This document shows, one piece after another, positions 33,958-35,608 of a stretch of DNA of 35,608 nucleotides (position 1 is the stretch's first letter; every line of letters starts with the position of its first letter). Position numbers and translations under genes: made by a program. This DNA is from a virus (taxonomy: Duplodnaviria > Caudoviricetes), in the IMG/VR virus record IMGVR_UViG_3300044266_000226, positions 1 to 35,608 of that record; one strand, given 5' to 3'. The notes below the pieces were generated by a model. The model was not told where the DNA came from. It saw only the letters and a list, made by a program, of their open reading frames with translations, and did not search any database.

Positions 33958-34209
33958 ATGAATAGATTTGATTATGTAACCAATAAGCGGGTTCGTGAGG
34001 TACTATTATCCGCTATTATCGACAAAAAAGACTTGGAGTTTGCGGTAGATTATTCTGCTCGGTGTTTTATGGCGGATGAGAATAATACCGATATTCCATC
34101 GGATGTATTGGAAGCTCGTGATGAAGCGCTTAATAATGCTTTTGATAGTTTATTTGCAAGTGATTATAAAGCGTCCCGTAAGTTCCTTAAATTGTTTTGG
34201 AGTGTATAA
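33958..34209 (+). CDS. Hypothetical protein
   Basis: GGAGG RBS. Confidence 0.7.
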   Translation: MNRFDYVTNKRVREVLLSAIIDKKDLEFAVDYSARCFMADENNTDIPSDVLEARDEALNNAFDSLFASDYKASRKFLKLFWSV

Positions 34210-34391
34210 TGAGCACAGGTTATAAAAAAGTAAGATTAACCATTGAAATGGTCGTGGAAGATAACGATAAACTCTCATGGGTGGCGGAGAATATATGGGA
34301 GCAGTTAAATCGTGGTGAGGATATCACGGATTGGGATTATGAAATACTGGAAGGTGATGTAGAACCAATTATGGAGAAAGTATATGAGTAA
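34209..34391 (+). CDS. Hypothetical acidic protein
   Basis: GGAG RBS, TAATG coupling. Confidence 0.7.
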   Translation: MSTGYKKVRLTIEMVVEDNDKLSWVAENIWEQLNRGEDITDWDYEILEGDVEPIMEKVYE

Positions 34392-34548
34392 AGAATTTGA
34401 ATGTATCGTTAGAATTGAATGGGAAGGCAATAATCAAGAAGCAGAAACCAAGGAAGAATATATTGCTAAAATCAAGGAAGTATTCTATGAGGCATACAAT
34501 ATTGAATTGATGGATTCTGAAATTATTGATATTCGGGAGATTGAATGA
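34384..34548 (+). CDS. 54-aa acidic protein
   Basis: GGAG RBS; MSKEFECIVRIEW... Confidence 0.7.
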   Translation: MSKEFECIVRIEWEGNNQEAETKEEYIAKIKEVFYEAYNIELMDSEIIDIREIE

Positions 34549-34643
34549 TTAGGCAAATATTGATTTTATCATTATTGATGTGGAGTGTATTATTTTTATT
34601 TGATACGATAGGATGGTTATTATGGTTGCACATGAGCAGGTAG
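34545..34643 (+). CDS. 32-aa single-TM peptide
   Basis: GGGAG RBS; MIRQILILSLLMWSVLFLFDTIGWLLWLHMSR. Confidence 0.55.
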   Translation: MIRQILILSLLMWSVLFLFDTIGWLLWLHMSR

Positions 34644-34753
34644 TATATACATGCGGTGGTGAGGTATGGGAAAGCTTGGCATTGGCGGTAGAGTATGCCA
34701 ATCATGTTTATATGAACCAAGGCATTATCCTTGGTATTGAGAAGGTGGAATAA
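34622..34753 (+). CDS. 43-aa hypothetical protein
   Basis: ORF tiling, TAATG coupling with the next gene. Confidence 0.55.
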   Translation: MVAHEQVVYTCGGEVWESLALAVEYANHVYMNQGIILGIEKVE

Positions 34754-34929
34754 TGGTTAAAGTAGAAATGACTGAGGATCAATTAGATTCTTTAATTGAT
34801 GTGCTTGAATATGTTGGTAATTCTGAATATTCACATTATACAGAATATTTGGAAGAAGGTAATGATGGCAAAAATCACATTTATGCCAGAGTATGTGAAT
34901 TGATGAATTTAAATTGGAGTAAAGTATGA
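34753..34929 (+). CDS. 58-aa hypothetical protein
   Basis: AGGTGG RBS; E..HY.E...NHIY pattern. Confidence 0.65.
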   Translation: MVKVEMTEDQLDSLIDVLEYVGNSEYSHYTEYLEEGNDGKNHIYARVCELMNLNWSKV

Positions 34930-35147
34930 AATTAGTTAGTTTAGAAAAAAGAAATATTCTCTTAATGCAAGAGAAATTGAAACAGGCACAAGACCTATTA
35001 TCCGATGTTTATCATTATGCGTGTGAGAATGAATTTGGTGGCCTTGAGAACCAAATGAGTTGCGCTGATTCTTGTATTATTGATTCATTGGATATGTTAG
35101 ATGCATTAGAAGCAAAAGCAATTGATGATGCTTCATGGAGGGCATAA
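34926..35147 (+). CDS. Hypothetical protein
   Basis: GGAG RBS; coupled on both sides. Confidence 0.7.
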   Translation: MKLVSLEKRNILLMQEKLKQAQDLLSDVYHYACENEFGGLENQMSCADSCIIDSLDMLDALEAKAIDDASWRA

Positions 35148-35338
35148 TGGAAGTTTATTTGGTAAAATCTGGTCAGTTGGTAGATTTTGTTGGTTGGGAA
35201 TGGACAAATCTTGCCGTGTTTGATAATAATGATGCGGCTGTAGCGTTTGCTCGTAAAACCGAAGCACAAATTGCACCAGAAGATTTAGATGAAACAGAAT
35301 CGGTTGAAATTGAAACATTTACTGTAAGGAGTTGGTAA
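35147..35338 (+). CDS. Hypothetical protein, similar pattern to 32590-32748
   Basis: GGAGG RBS; MEVYLV...VFDNNDAAVAFA...VEIETFTV. Confidence 0.7.
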   Translation: MEVYLVKSGQLVDFVGWEWTNLAVFDNNDAAVAFARKTEAQIAPEDLDETESVEIETFTVRSW

Positions 35339-35487
35339 TGAGTATTTGGGAATTGTGTATTGGTGAAACTATGCGAACAAATGACGGAAATAGATCCTCA
35401 CAAGAAGCAACCGAAGCGATGGTAGAATTAGAGCTGTTGTATGGATACAACATTATTAAAAGTAATGACCAAGTATATAAGCGTTAA
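35338..35487 (+). CDS. 49-aa hypothetical protein
   Basis: AAGGAG RBS, TAATG coupling. Confidence 0.55.
   Translation: MSIWELCIGETMRTNDGNRSSQEATEAMVELELLYGYNIIKSNDQVYKR
35435..35452. promoter_or_regulatory. 18-bp palindromic operator-like site (perfect 8-bp arms)
   Basis: TGTTGTAT-GG-ATACAACA, 48 bp upstream of a -35-like box. Confidence 0.75.
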
Positions 35488-35500
35488 TCTGACAAAATGC

Positions 35501-35528
35501 TTGTGGTATGGTGTGGTGCCTGTATAAT
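35501..35528 (+). promoter_or_regulatory. sigma70-type promoter
   Basis: TTGTGG-16 bp-TATAAT(GG); AGGAG RBS downstream. Confidence 0.6.
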
Positions 35529-35555
35529 GGTTGTATTAGTTGATTAGGAGAGTTT

Positions 35556-35608
35556 ATGAATCATTTTGAAAAAGCAAAAGTTGGTGATATTATTCGTGCA
35601 TATGATTT
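35556..35608 (+). CDS. 3'-truncated hypothetical protein
   Basis: AGGAG RBS; MNHFEKAKVGDIIRAYD runs off the window. Confidence 0.65.
   Translation, partial: MNHFEKAKVGDIIRAYD

Noticed and set aside
1-35608. Stop-codon reassignment
   Set aside because: Known genes are full length in the standard code, and TAA, TGA and TAG all end genes

Overview
Segment of a large, AT-rich, T4-like myophage genome with a Gram-negative host (it encodes an i-/o-spanin pair). Nearly all genes are on the + strand. In order: (1) a sugar-modification cluster (GT9-like partial gene, HAD+nucleotidyltransferase fusion, TylF-like methyltransferase, phosphodiesterase-like gene); (2) late, probably head-packaged proteins, four with T4-type capsid-targeting N-termini, including a His-rich protein with ligase motifs and a His-rich nucleotidyltransferase/P-loop kinase fusion that appears to contain a nested +1-frame gene; (3) an extended lysis cassette (spanins, GH19 endolysin, lipoprotein, membrane proteins, holin-like protein with a Gly-Met tail); (4) primase, nrdA/nrdB, GIY-YIG protein, RNase H; (5) accessory genes from sigma70-type promoters (HExxH/vWA protein, MazG-like, GalE-like, GroES); (6) a boundary at about 30.9-32.4 kb with phased A-tract repeats, direct repeats, long hairpins and a local C-to-G skew change, followed by dense early microproteins. 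An 18-bp palindrome (TGTTGY-N4-ATACAACR) recurs next to most of the sigma70-type promoters. No tRNA, rRNA, CRISPR array or clear mobile element was seen. Family names come from motif recognition by eye, not from database searches.
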